64,000 nt of DNA, taken from contig OZ024752.1 of assembly GCA_964016885.1 (NCBI GenBank), positions 44,082,001 through 44,146,000 of the forward strand, read 5' to 3'. Under the pieces are notes generated by a model, which worked only from the letters and a program-made list of their open reading frames with translations, did not search any database and had not been told where the DNA came from. A program made the position numbers and the translations under genes. Positions 1 through 37,521 of this stretch are shown one piece after another. This stretch comes from Eledone cirrhosa (taxonomy: Eukaryota). Numbering within the stretch: position 1 is the first letter of the stretch; each line of letters starts with the position of its first letter.

Positions 1-1004
1 CTAGCTCTTCACCTTGATTACAGGATGAGAGAAATGGAGCTTTTTACAGAAGTATCCACCACAACCGTCTCAGTAAATTAGACTTACTAACTGTGGAGCA
101 GGAGGAAGGGTTTGTCGAGTGTCTAGGGGGTCAGTGATGTCGCGTAATCAGAACAATGACTGGTTTAGGCCTCTTCCTCTTGTCACGTTGATCAGAGGAC
201 GAGATTGCCACATGAGTTCATGTCCTAGATTTCTGGTCAGAGGTTAGGAGTGTAGGGCTCGCGTGGATATCTGGACAAGATCAATGATAGGAGAGGAGCA
301 CCCACGAGGTAGGCAAGGCTACGCCCTTCCTTTACAACATCAATAAATTATTTATCTGATGATAACTTTCGTCGCATTTAAAAATGTCAACAAAATGTTG
401 ATAAATTAGAAGATGACTTCATACTAGCTGGCAATATATTTGCTGTTTGTTATTCTCTGAATTCAATAACACAATGGTAAAACATTGAAATGTTCTAGAT
501 GAGTCAAAACACCAAAGACTGTTGATGCAATGCCCCAGCATGGACCCAGCTTGTCGGCTGGAACAAGTAATGGAGTAGATCTTGACTTAAGGGCTATTAC
601 TTTGAAAGCTCTGCTGTTCGATCATGCATGATAAGAATTACCTTTTTCATGCCAACACCTTTGCAGTTATATTCGACTAATCCAACAGGGATATCAATCA
701 AACGTAGCTCTCGGAAAAAATATTGGAAGCATCGAATTAGAAGCTTAAGTGGTTCTTGTTGTTTAGCTATATAATTAAATACATTCCAACTGTGACCATT
801 CTGCAATTTTAGTGAGAATATAGGACTAAATTATCTTGTGCCCATTCTTTTCTCAAGACGACAAAGTGTGATTTGAAGGTGATTTGGTATCTATTTCTAA
901 CACGTCCAGTGACAAACGAGAGGCTACAAAGTTGGCTCAAAAAAAGGAAAAAGAAAAGTGCACCATTGTAGAGGTAAACAGAACACTCACGATACCCATG
1001 GGTA

Positions 1005-2968
1005 CAGCAGTGGTACAATATTGTACAGTGGTACAGTGGTACTGTGGTATTGTGGTACAGTGGTACTGTGGTATTGTGGTACAGTGGTACAGTGGTACTA
1101 TGATACTGTGGTACAGTGGTACAGTGGTACAGTGGTACAGTGGTACTGTGGTACTGTGGTACTGTGGTATTGTGGTACAGTGGTTCTGTGGTACAGTGGT
1201 TCTGTGGTACTGTGGTACAGTGGTACTGTGGTACAGTGGTACTGTGGTACAGTGGTACTGTGGTACTGTGGTACTGTGGTACTGCGGTACTGTGGTACAG
1301 TGGTACAGTGGTACAGTGGTACAGTGGTACAGTGGTCCAGTGGTACAGTGGTACTGTGGTACAGTGGTATTGTGGTACAGTGGTTCTGTGGTACTGTGGT
1401 ACAGTGGTACTGTGGTACAGTGGTACTGTGGTACTGTGGTACTGTGGTACAGTGGTACTGTGGTACAGTGGTACTGTGGTACAGTGGTACTGTGGTACAG
1501 TGGTACAGTAGTACAGTGGTACAGTGGTACTGTGGTACTGTGGTATTGTGGTACAGTGGTACAGTGGTACAGTGGTACTGTAGTACAGTGGTACTGTGGT
1601 ACTGTGGTACAGTGGTACAGTGGTACTGTGGTATTGTGGTACAGTGGTACAGTGGTACTGTGGTACTGTGGTACAGTGGTACAGTGGTACAGTGGTACAG
1701 TGGTACTGTGGTATTGTGGTACAGTGGTACAGTGGTACAGTGGTACTGTGGTACAGTGGTACTGTGGTACAGTGGTACTGTGGTACAGTGGTACAGTGGT
1801 ACTGTGGTACAGTGGTACAGTGGTACAGTGGTACTGTAGTAGTGGTACTGTGGTACAGTGGTACAGTAGTACAGTGGTAGTGGTACTGTGGTATTGTGGT
1901 ATTGTGGTACAGTGGTACTGTGGTACTGTGGTACTGTGGTACAGTGGTAGTGGTACTGTGGTATTGTGGTACAGTAGTACAGTGGTAGTGGTACTGTGGT
2001 ATTGTGGTATTGTGGTATTGTGGTACAGTGGTACAGTGGTACAGTGGTACAGTGGTACTGTGGTACAGTGGTACAGAGGTACAGTGGTACTGTGGTATTG
2101 TGGTACAGTGGTACTGTGGTACAGTGGTACTGTGGTACAGTGGTACAGTGGTACTGTGGTACAGTGGTACAGTAGTACAGTGGTACTGTAGTACAGTGGT
2201 ACAGTGGTACTGTAGTACAGTGGTACTGTGGTACAGTGGTACTGTGGTACAGTGGTACTGTGGTATTGTGGTACAGTGGTATTGTGGTACAGTGGTACTG
2301 TGGTACTGTAGTAGTGGTACTGTAGTACTGTGGTACTGTGGTACTGTGGTACAGTGGTACAGTGGTACAGTGGTACTGTGGTACAGTGGTACTGTGGTAC
2401 TGTGGTACAGTGGTACTGTGGTACTGTGGTACTGTGGTACTGTGGTACAGTGGTACAGTGGTACTGTGGTACAGTGGTACTGTGGTACTGTGGTACAGTG
2501 GTACAGTGGTACAGTGGTACTGTGGTACAGTGGTACAGTGGTACAGTGGTACTGTGGTACTGTGGTACAGTGGTACAGTGGTACTGTGGTACAGTGGTAC
2601 AGTGGTACAGTGGTACTGTGGTACAGTGGTACAGTGGTACAGTGGTACAGTGGTACTGTGGTACAGTGGTACAGTGGTACTGTGGTACAGTGGTACAGTG
2701 GTACTGTGGTACTGTGGTACAGTGGTACAGTGGTACAGTGGTACAGTGGTACTGTGGTACTGTGGTACAGTGGTACAGTGGTACAGTAGTACAGTGGTAC
2801 AGTGGTACTGTGGTACAGTGGTACTGTAGTACTGTGGTACTGTAGTACTGTGGTACAGTGGTACAGTGGTACAGTGGTACAGTGGTACTGTGGTACAGTG
2901 GTACTGTAGTACTGTGGTACTGTGGTACTGTGGTACAGTGGTACAGTGGTACTGTGGTACAGTGGTAC
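1005..2968. repeat. 8-bp satellite (GTGGTACA/GTGGTACT)n, about 2 kb
   Basis: Directly visible tandem 8-mers. It explains all the HCTTVP/VVQWY ORFs in the track. Confidence 0.97.
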
Positions 2969-3244
2969 AATACCCAAGGGTACGGCCATGATACAATGGC
3001 TACAGTTTTTCCTATGTTTATGTTTCCTAAATATTTAATACTTTCAAGCAGGAGTGACACTGCACACATTGACAAGTTCTCAGACGCTCCACTGAATATC
3101 CTAATTGTATGTTTTCATAAGGTAGTCACTTGATGAATGTTTCAAACAGACAGGTACACACAAACAGACAGGTACACACTTGCATATCTGATATAAGCTA
3201 ATTGATTACAAACAAACTCACAGATGCACACTCTCAGAAACATA

Positions 3245-3307
3245 CTCACACACACACACATGTGTGTGTGTACATATATATGTATGTAAATATATATTTA
3301 TATGTAA

Positions 3308-3395
<88 letters not shown>

Positions 3396-3450
3396 GTATG
3401 TATGTATGCATGTGTATATATATATATATATATATATACAGAGAGAGAGA
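3245..3450. repeat. (CA)n/(TA)n/(GA)n compound microsatellite
   Basis: Seen in sequence. Confidence 0.95.
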
Positions 3451-3599
3451 GGGAGTAGGTGGGGAAAAAATGCAACGAGACAGATTTGTATGCATAGATA
3501 TGATTACACACACGCACACACATATAGAGTTACATACATACATATCTTTTCTTTGTCTATGACCTGAAATTGTGTGGGCCAAATATCAACCCCATAAAA

Positions 3600-4050
3600 A
3601 ACAATTGGACCATATTACCCAATTTTCTACAGACATTGAAATGGAACTTGGTGGGTTCAAATGTGTATTTTTTTACAATAAAATGTGGAAAAATTGTGTC
3701 CTGCTCTGAGAACCTAAAAATGAACGGCTTAACGATACAACCTCTACAGCCAGGTGATAACTATAGGCATCTTGGACAGGATGAGAATGTTAGATATGAT
3801 GGACCCATAATGAGAAGACCACAGGGGTAGAGAGAATGTGGTCATCAGAACTATCAGCATCCAACAAGTATAATACTTTTGATGTGACCATCCGAACACC
3901 AACATTTGGCAGCTGAACTGGTCATTGCAAGAACTAAGATGGATGTAAGGACCCACAAGTTGTTCAGTGTTACTGGAAATTTTATCAATGGTGATGTGGA
4001 TAGGCTTTAGCTCTCATGTAAGGAGGGTGGCCGGGGGCTTAAAATCTACA
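3600..4050 (+). mobile_element. Decayed non-LTR retrotransposon remnant (RT C-terminal region)
   Basis: Translations IQPLQPGDNYRHLGQDE (resembles the RT YKYLG motif) and HVRRVAGGLKS (resembles the LYxxRxxGGRGL motif), in different frames with stops. Confidence 0.4.
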
Positions 4051-4097
4051 TCATACGAGACCCGGGTAACAACTGTGAAACGTGTGTGTATACAAGA

Positions 4098-4288
4098 GGG
4101 CGGTGGAGTGGCAGTATCGGTAGAGGGTCGGACGCAATGCTTTGCAGCATGGAGTTACTGTCCTTTACGATCTGAGTTCAAATCCCGCCGAGGTTAACAT
4201 TGCCTTTCATCCTTACGGGGTCGATAAAATAAAGTACCAGTAATGCACTGGGTAATTGCTGGCCTTGTGCCAAAACTAGAAACAATTA
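4098..4288 (+). mobile_element. tRNA-derived SINE, family 1
   Basis: A-box-like TGGCAGTATCGG, B-box GAGTTCAAATC and core GCCTTTCATCCTTACGGGGTCGATAAAATAAAGTACCAG (resembles the Meta/Sauria-SINE central domain). More than 10 copies in the window. Confidence 0.85.
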
Positions 4289-5489
4289 TATACATATGTG
4301 CAAATGTTTATTGTACTACATATACACACACATGCGTATACAAACACACTGACATAAACACACACACACTGACATAAACACACACACACTGACGTACACA
4401 CACACACACACTGACATACAGACACATACTGACTTATACACAGACACAGTTGTTCCTTGATAAACATATTAGCAAATCAATGTATGTTGTTGCTGATAAC
4501 TGGTGTGTGGAGAGATTGCCTGACGTATCTACCATAACATCGTTACTCTGGTTCCTTGGATACTTAACCAGGTGTGAGAAGACAGATAGAAGTGGACAGG
4601 TAAACGTGTATAATAAATACATTCGCTGCTCAGCCAACCGACTACATTGCTATTTATAAGAGTTAAAAGAAGGAAAAGTGAGTGCTTATTATATTAAACT
4701 AACGACATTGCGGGCTGCTGGACAACTTAAACTGTTTCTATTGGTAATAATAACAATACTTTCTGGCCTACAAGACAACACGTTCTGTGAGAGACTAAAG
4801 TTAAGTGGTAATCTTTGTATTACTGCTTGTTGTTGTTGTTGTGGTGGTGGTTGTTTTATCGAGCCCCGGTGTAGGATAAAACAAAGACAATCTCGATGGG
4901 ATTTTAAACTCAAAACTTTTTATAATATTTTTATCGACTTTCTATCGATTCTGTCATTCAGCACCAGTCAATAATATCAATAATAATTTTGTAAAAAGTG
5001 GACAGTAATATTACAGTTCAGTACTAATACAATAGTATACTGTGAAGTTGAACATAATAAAAGGTTTTGGTGAAAATATAGGAAGAATTTAAAAGATTTA
5101 ACGCATGATTTACAAATGTAGAATATAATATAATAATAATAATAATTATTATTATTTTTTATTGGCCAGGAAGTCCAACATTTAGGGGACAATAAGGCAA
5201 GAACGGTGGGAGACAATAAGACAGGAACGGTGGGAGTTTACAACAACAAACGAGTAAAATTACATACAATAACAATAATTGTTACTAATTGAGGAAGAAG
5301 GCCAACAATTTCGGCGTGAGGGGGAAGTCAATTAAATCACCTCAACACAGGTGTTGAACGAAAAGAACAGAAGGAAATAGTTTTGCGTGGAGTTGTGTAA
5401 AACCAAAACAAATTTGAGGAATAAAAGAGAGAATGACTTCAGATAAAGAAATATAGAATATTTGAAGTGTGAACAGAGGAAGAGAAAGA

Positions 5490-18399
<12,910 letters not shown>

Positions 18400-18403
<4 letters not shown>

Positions 18404-18793
18404 CTCTTTCCTGACCGTATTTCTAATGAAATTCACTACATTTCAATTAATTAATTAATGAAGAATTTTGAGGGATTTACTAAAATTATTAATTATTTCA
18501 TTACTAAGGATTCCTGGCGTTCACCCAGGTTCGATTCCCGGCATGGGAACATTAATTACAGCAACCAAAACAAATATGAAGTACACCAAATCCAATGCTC
18601 CTAGGGGTGGCCGTGGTTCTTCTTATTTGCGAGTGTAAACTCAGCCAGATTAGATTAGATCATTACTAAGATAGTAACTTTATATAAAATTATGTTGGAA
18701 GATTTTAATTTAAATTGGAAACCTTTAAAATGGGTGGTTTTATTTCATAGAACCAGGACTGGTTTTAGCCGGGTTAGTAACTAAAGAGTTTAA
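18400..18793 (+). mobile_element. TTAA-flanked (piggyBac-like) MITE, family 2, with a nested insert
   Basis: TTAA-CTCTTT...AAAGAG-TTTAA ends. Homologous to copies at 26173-26412 (-), about 61280-61447 and 63434-63813. Confidence 0.7.
18507..18549 (+). pseudogene. Truncated tRNA-Glu(TTC)-derived sequence (head of an inserted element at 18509-18660)
   Basis: AGGATTCCTGGCGTTCACCCAGG-TTCGATTCCCGGCATGGGAA resembles the 3' two-thirds of metazoan tRNA-Glu(TTC) with a short internal deletion. The 5' acceptor strand and D arm are missing. Confidence 0.72.
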
Positions 18794-19135
18794 TAAGTAA
18801 AGATAGGATTAATAAAAATGTCTAATATTGGGTCAAGTATGAAATTTGTAGAAATTTATTTTTTTTCTACAAATTTCAGACTTGACAACCCAATAATTTC
18901 CTTCAAAATTCTTTGGCTAGTTACAGGTAATTCAGCTGATTACAGGTAATTCAGTTGATTACAAAACACAGAAAACTCATTGTTAAAATGGTCAGAATTA
19001 TTTCTCTTTTAAACTAAATCCCTTGATCACCATAGCAGGATCAACTTAATTAAAAGTAAAAACAGAATTTTGATGACATTTAATCCCACTAAAGACTAAA
19101 CCACAGACTTTCTTTATATTATTTCTTACACAGCA

Positions 19136-19330
19136 GGGATGGTGGATTGTCAGTATCAGTAGAGGGCCGGATGCCATGCTTTGCAGCATAGAGTTACGGC
19201 CCTTGCCATTCTGAGTTCAAATCCCGCCGAGGTTAACTTTGCCTTTCATCCTTACGGGGTCAATAAAATAAAGTACCAGTAATGTACTGGGGTAATTGCT
19301 GGCCTTGTGCCAAAAGTAGAAACAATTATT
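19136..19330 (+). mobile_element. SINE family 1
   Basis: Matches the family-1 consensus. Confidence 0.87.
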
Positions 19331-19756
19331 TCTTACACAGCTATTGTTGTTGTTATTGTTGTTTTCTTTTGGAAACATTATTATTAAATATAAAAGAAAA
19401 CATTATTGTTGTTGTTCCTAATCAGAAATACCGAGGGATTAAAACATAAGACAAAATACCTTGCAGTATTTGTTTCCATTTTCTTTGCTCTCAGTTCAAA
19501 GCTACAGTCAATGTGGCTTTTCATCTTTTCAGGATTGTATAAAGTAGAAGTCGATGGTGGTAGGTTGGTTAAAGTGTTGGACTAAATACCTTGCAGTATT
19601 TAATATGGCTCATTACATTGTGTTCAAATCCCACCATGGCTGTTGTTGTTATTGTTGCTGTTGCTGTTATTACTGCTGTTGGGTTGCCCTGGTATGGTCA
19701 GTTTGAAACAAAAATTGTAATAGGGAGGTAGCCAACAAAACAAGAAATTCAATTTG

Positions 19757-20250
19757 TATATCTAAGTTGTGTCCAATTTATATCTAAGCCTTGTCCAGCT
19801 TATATCTAAGTTGTGTCCAATTTATATCTAGCTGTGTCCAATTATATCTAAGCCTTGTCCAGCTTATATCTAGCTGTGTCCAATTTATATCTAGCTGTGT
19901 CCAATTTATATCTGTGTCCAGCTTATATCTAAGTTGTGTCCAATTTATATCTAGCTGTGTCCAATTATATCTAAGCCTTGTCCAGCTTATATCTAGCTGT
20001 GTCCAATTTATATCTAGCTGTGTCCAATTTATATCTAACTGTGTCCAGCTTATATCTAAGTTGTGTCCAATTTATATCTAAGTTGTGTCCAATTTATATC
20101 TAGCTGTGTCCAATTATATCTAAGCCTTGTCCAGCTTATATCTAGCTGTGTCCAATTTATATCTAAGCCTTGTCCAGCTTATATCTAACTGTGTCCAATT
20201 TATATCTAAGCCTTGTCCAGCTTATATCTAAGCCGTTTCCAGCTTATGTC
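19757..20250. repeat. Minisatellite, about 21-22 bp (TATATCTAAGTTGTGTCCAATT)
   Basis: Seen in sequence. Confidence 0.92.
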
Positions 20251-22022
20251 TATGATTGAGCAAGACATTCAAATACATTTTTTTTAAATATGGCCTTAAT
20301 TTTAAGGACAAAGGTCAATTTAAAATGATGTAGCTGCATAACAGAATGAGTTAAGCAGTTTACTGACCCTTAATAATGAGAATATCAGCCACAGGAATAA
20401 TATTGATAGTGATGCTGCTAATGATGATGATGACGATGGTTGTTGTAGTTTATTTCCGTTAATGGCATCACAAACTCTTGGCTTTAACCAGATGTTCTAT
20501 AAAGTATTAAAGGATCATGATCATGAAGTCTTTTCTCCATTAATTATTTTATAGAAGACAAGTTGAAACCTGTTCTCCCAACACAATAGGTAAGATCTTC
20601 TTCCACGATGTTAACAGAATTAAAGCTTTAAGTAATCACGTTGACAACAAGAAAATTGTCATCGACTTCAGGTTGTATGTTTGGAAATTAAAGCATCAAA
20701 GATAACAGACAGCTTTATGAAAATGACAATACATGGCTATACTGCCCTTCCAATGTTTTTGACATCACCACCATCACCATCATCATCATGATCATGATCA
20801 CCATCACCACCATCACCACTACCATCATCATGATCATCCTCATCATTTTTCCCATACTAGCATATCACTTGACCAAGGGTCAGCCCATTGAAATGGAACC
20901 TAAAACCATGTGATTGCCAAGAAAGAAACAAATGACAATATTAATTAAAACATTGTTTAGTTATTTTTATTTTTATCAAATTGCAGTTACATAAAACATG
21001 AATATAAGATTAATTTCTCTAAAAATTATTTTTCTTCTTCAAACAAATAAAAAGAAAAACAATTTTTTAAAAAAGCAGCATTGATTAAAATAGAAATTTT
21101 GAAATTCTTAAAAAAGAAATTACCAATTGACAAAGATAGTTTTTATATTAAAATAACTTTCTTAATAAAAAATACTAATCTCTATTGCTGGTACTACAAT
21201 TAGTCAAACAAAATCAATCATACTTAATATTTTTGAAATCAACCCATCCCAAACCAGCTCTGGTCCTAGGAAACAAAATCTCCCATTTTAAAGGGTTTCT
21301 ATTTAAATTAAAATCTTACATGATTTTATATAAGAACCTTACATTAACTATCTTAGTTACCAACCTGGCCAAAACTGGCTCTAGTTCTATGAAATAAACT
21401 CACCCATATCCAACCAGAATTCTCTCCCCTTTTCCTGTTCAAGCCGGCTGTAACTGGCCGCTCATACTTATGTTAAGTTATTGTACTCAAAATAAATATC
21501 ACAATCTTATAGATTTGATATTATGTGAGGTAAAGCCTTTACCGTGAAAATATAATAGTATATATAGAGTAATGTCTATTTAAATTAAAATCTTACAACA
21601 TGATTTTATATGAGGACCATATTAAGTTACTATCTTAGTAACGAATGAATTAATAATTGTAGCAAATCCCGCCAAATCCTCCATTAAGTGAAATAGTGTA
21701 TTTCAAGAGAAATAGAGTGACGAAAGGGTTAAGGCTGAATTGTATTAGTTCTTAGAAATATAAGACTTAACTGAAAAGACATTTGTTACAAGTGTTAGAA
21801 ACAACAAATGTGTGGCTGAATTTACATATATTCACAAGTAAACTATAACATTTTATTGTTCACTGTTAGATTTATTTACAAACATATTTTTACATACTCA
21901 CATGAACAAATGTGTTTACAAAACGCAAACATAAACCACATTTGCATATGTGCTATATATATATATATTGATATATATATACACAAATATATACATATAT
22001 ATATTGATATATATACACATAA

Positions 22023-22053
<31 letters not shown>

Positions 22054-22062
22054 TATATATAT

Positions 22063-22093
<31 letters not shown>

Positions 22094-23194
22094 GGAAGGG
22101 CATCCAGCTGTAGAAATTAAGCCAGAATCGGTTCCCATATGAGCAAGACAAGGTCAGCCAACCAGACACTGCTCACAACAGGACAACCCGTCTAACCCAT
22201 GCTAGCATGGAAGAACGGACGTAAAACGATGATGATGATGATGATGATAGATATGTATATGTGTGTGTGTGTACAGTAATAGCCCAATATTGTTAGGATT
22301 CATGAATGTTGACTAATAAAAAAAAGAAATTGTAGTGAGTTAAAAACAACAGAAAAAAAATGTGTGAAGATGGATTCTCAACACACACACAGACACACAC
22401 ACGTATATAGCAATATTAACATGAGACCATTCAAATGTAACTCAACAAAGCTGGAATTATTGGTTATTCCAATATCCTAGTCTAAATAATTAAATAAAAC
22501 AAAATATTATGGATTTCGAAAGAACATTGTTGAGAAAAGATTTTAGCAGCTCTTAAAGTTTCCTATTTTAACTGTTAACCCTTTAATATTACTGGCTGTA
22601 ACTGGCCGCTCATACTGATGTTAAGGTATCGTTCTCAACATAAATAATATTAAAATCTCATAGATTCGATATTATGTGAGGTAAAACCTTTACTGTGAAA
22701 ATACAACAGTAAATATAAAATAATGTAAATGGTAAAGGGTCAAGCTGATTGTCAGCATTCACTGAAAGGATTCAAATGACATTTAATTCAGTCTAATGAA
22801 TACTGGACAGAATTTATAAGGAAATACTGAAAGACTAGAAAGTATTTTCAGAACACCAGAGCAAAAGCAATCACACAATATTCCCAATAAATATATATTG
22901 CACAGTTAGGCAAGAATGAGCTGGGGACTTGGAGAAAGAACTTTAATTATATAAAATATGCATTACATATTTTTAACAATTGAAATTTTTATATAAAAAG
23001 AAGACTGCTAAAGTTTTAAATGTCACCAAGAAGCTGAAGAGGATCTTAAGAAACAAGGCTTAACTTTGACTGCTTTAGATTGCTTTAGATAAATTTATTG
23101 GTGAACTGGATTTAATTTATTCCAAGTATTCTCAGCTCCGGTATCTATTCCCAGTTGATAGGTGAAGTATCGTCATATTGAAGGCCCACTTCGG

Positions 23195-23530
23195 TCACAA
23201 ATGACCACACGAATGACCATGGGATTTGCACCTAGAAAGTTTCCCATCCGAGGCACAAGCCTGGGCAAGGTGTTTGTGGAAGACCAGCAGTCCCACATGT
23301 ATACCAGTCTCCCTTCTCCACATCACTGATGTTGTCCAAGGGAAAGGCAATGGCCGATACAGCTTGTCACCAGTGATGTCGTAACTCATTTCTACAGCTG
23401 AATAAACTGGAACAACATGAAATAAAATGTTTTACTCAAGAACACAACACACTACTCGGTCTTGGATTCAAACTCACAACCTTCATGATTGTGAACTCAA
23501 CACTCTAACCACTAAGCCACATACCTCCAC
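23195..23530 (-). mobile_element. SINE related to family 2 (same tRNA head, different 3' half)
   Basis: Shares CTCATTTCTACAGCTGA.TAAACTGGA...CTCTAACCACTAAGCCAC with family 2. Confidence 0.7.
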
Positions 23531-24422
23531 TAGGTGAAGTAAGATATACAGAGTTTAAGTCTACTACCCAAATATAGAACATGTCTGCAGTAGATTTATA
23601 TTTAAGACATTTGATTAATTAGTTCACTTCCAGATGTATTTGGCCGGGACATAGATTTAAGTGATTATAAGTCAAGCATTACTAAAGGAAAATAAATTTC
23701 GAAAATGATGAAGAATAAAGACTTATTAGTTGTGGGGTTTGTTTTAAATATGAGTAGCACCTGGAATTAGAAAACATTTACAAAAAAGATGGAAATATGT
23801 ATTTTTAAATAGAATATTACTTTCTTTCCACAAAATCGAATCAAAAGCTTATATAATATATGTTATAGCTATGTCATAATATAAGTTATATATACTATGT
23901 CATAATATATATTATATATACTTATGTTATATATAGGTTATATATATGTCATAATATAAGTTATATATATGTTATATATATGTTATATACATGTTATATA
24001 TAAGTTATATACATGTATATGTTATATATATGCTATATATATATATACTTATGTGATAATATATGCTATAGTATTTATAGCTGGCACAATAACAAAGACA
24101 GGTTTTAAACTGTGAAATGTTTGATGAAATAGGAACAAAGATCCAAAAGTCACAAACAAATTATGACTTTTACTAAATAAGAACAAAAAATGTATTAAAT
24201 TAAAATTCCTATCAGTCCTTCATTAATATTTCTACTCCAGAATAAACACTCTTCAAAGTCCCTAATAAGGGGAAGCCCCCAAAGCTGTTAATAAGACACT
24301 GAAAGATACTCTTTTAGCAACAGGCAATACATTTCAAATTTCAAAGAAGTGTAAATATTTTTTGTAACAGCAAGAGTCACCGATATTAGTTAAATACCTG
24401 TTAGAATGAAACGGAATACAAT

Positions 24423-35481
<11,059 letters not shown>

Positions 35482-37488
35482 ATGAAAACTAAAAGATCAA
35501 AAGAATAAGAAAGGTATGTATATAATATACAAACAGAAGAATACAGAGATGTGTGTATGTTTTAACATTATGTCAGACAGTATGAGAGGTTGAGGAATCA
35601 ATATCTGTGATTTAGTTGTATAAGTCTAGATGATTGATAAATCCCACTGCTGAGTGATGGATGAGTGATTTGTAATAAGAAAATCTATCATCTGTAAAAA
35701 ATATTTATCCAAATTATTGGATCTATTGTGGAATATCAGAACAAAATAATGAAATCTTTTAGGATTGTACATTGTAAGTCTTTCACTGTCTCACTAATTA
35801 ATTCAAATGGTGACCAAGTACATAAACATATCTTATTTGATGTGGAACGACATTTTCATTGTTAAAAATATAAAAATAAAGCAACAGCATTCCACATTTT
35901 ACAGAAACGTTCTTTAAGAATTTCTTACCATTCTTCTAAGAATGTTTTCTCGAAGTATTCAATTCAAATGATGACCAGATACATAGATATAAATATATCA
36001 ATATATTTCGTCAGCATTGGAAATATATCGATATATTTCGTTAATACTTGTAATTACATGTTCATCTTTAAGAATTAGAAACAACAGTAGTTCGATATAA
36101 GTCAGAATTGATACATTGAATACACATCACTTACATTATTTTACTTCGGTGTTCTACAATGGAGTTTAAATATCTTATATATTTCCACATCTATATTATC
36201 ATTATGTTCCAAGCCTGAACATGTCCTCTCTATTAAGACACATTGATTATAAAGCTACACATTACTCAATAAGGTGCGGCTTAAGTGAAGCCTATATTGT
36301 ATTCCTAAACAAGTTTTCGGACCACGTAGACTTTCTCTAACTGGTTCGTGTGTTAGATTTTTGGTTTTTAGCGAAAAGTAGTTTAGTTAACACGAGCGCT
36401 GTCACCTGTTAAATGAAGAAATGAGGAGGAGATCAGTGCCGAAACGTATTTGATAATAAGGGCTAACCTGTTGGAGTTTCTTTAGATATATGAAAGCTAT
36501 TTTACGTATGATCTTCTTGAGAAACTTTCACAAAGGATCCCCAATAAAGACAACTTTGAGGAGGATTTCGCTTCCAAACAAGATCTTCCGTGGATCTTCC
36601 CTTAAAAAACATACGGTCAACAAATGTGTGTTTTCATATTTCGGGATTTAATGGACAAAAGTAATTGGAAATGATCCATGTTGTGCCAAGAAAGATATAT
36701 ATTAGGAGGAAATGGTAACGGCAAAGCTGATATTTGTCAGAAAACATATCTGCATTACATAGAACCACATACCAAAACTATATCCACAAATATATAAATC
36801 CTAATGTTGACAGATTGCAAATTTAAAATAGAGAAAGATATCTAAAGTAGAAATAAGAAACTTTGAAATAAAACTGAATTTCTATGAATGTAGATAAATA
36901 GGATAAATTAGACAAGTTGAAGAAGCACTCTTTATATTTTATTAAAGTTGTGTGGTTTCTACAGAATCCAAGGATGGACTAGAGACAAAACAACGATGAG
37001 ATGCTAATTGACAGAGAAGACTAAGGTGTTAAAATACAACACGTCCTGATATCCATATCTTCAATAAAGATATATCGAACCTATTACAGCTGGCTTCTTT
37101 ATGATGGGATGGCTATAAATTATCTAAAAATATATAAAAGTATATGTCTTTTTGTTTATTTCTGTGCTAACTTGGTTTAAAGAAAGATTTTATCACATAT
37201 CTTTCAAAAGCTCATAGAGATTGTTTTTTAAGAGATACCTTGTGACAGCGAAACGACAGATAAACAGCTCCAAACTTTGGTAAACATTCGTTTACCGACA
37301 AATTTACTGCTGAATGATTATCCTTCATACAAAATTGAGAGTAATATTTTCAGAAATATTATTAAAATGCATCATATTTTACTACTACAAAATAAAATAA
37401 TATTAGTGTATTAAAATAATTATTTATAAAAATGAAATTTAAAAAAAAAATGTAGTGTCAACTTCGCTGCGGAGATTAGGTCTCTAAA

Positions 37489-37497
37489 TCCTTTTCC
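37489..37497 (+). promoter_or_regulatory. TCT/5'TOP initiator of RPS24
   Basis: Pyrimidine tract TCCTTTTCC about 25-30 nt upstream of the ATG, typical of ribosomal-protein genes. Confidence 0.7.
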
Positions 37498-37521
37498 GGA
37501 ACCTGTACAAGTCCGTCAATC

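Noticed and set aside
1-339. Possible LTR end (minus strand begins TGTTGTAAAGG; GC-richer block)
   Set aside because: No partner LTR, primer-binding site or coding remnant is visible in the window, so it cannot be supported.
809-3075. Long ORFs (726, 712, 632, 435 aa) on both strands
   Set aside because: Translations of an 8-bp satellite. Open in all frames only because the unit has no stop codon.
18507-18549. Functional tRNA-Glu gene
   Set aside because: Lacks the 5' acceptor strand and D arm and has a deletion in the variable/T arm.
36400-37350. Complex non-repetitive sequence between PARG and RPS24 as a hidden gene
   Set aside because: No ORF of 60 aa or more in the track and no consistent exon chain or motif recognised. 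Likely promoter DNA or decayed transposon.
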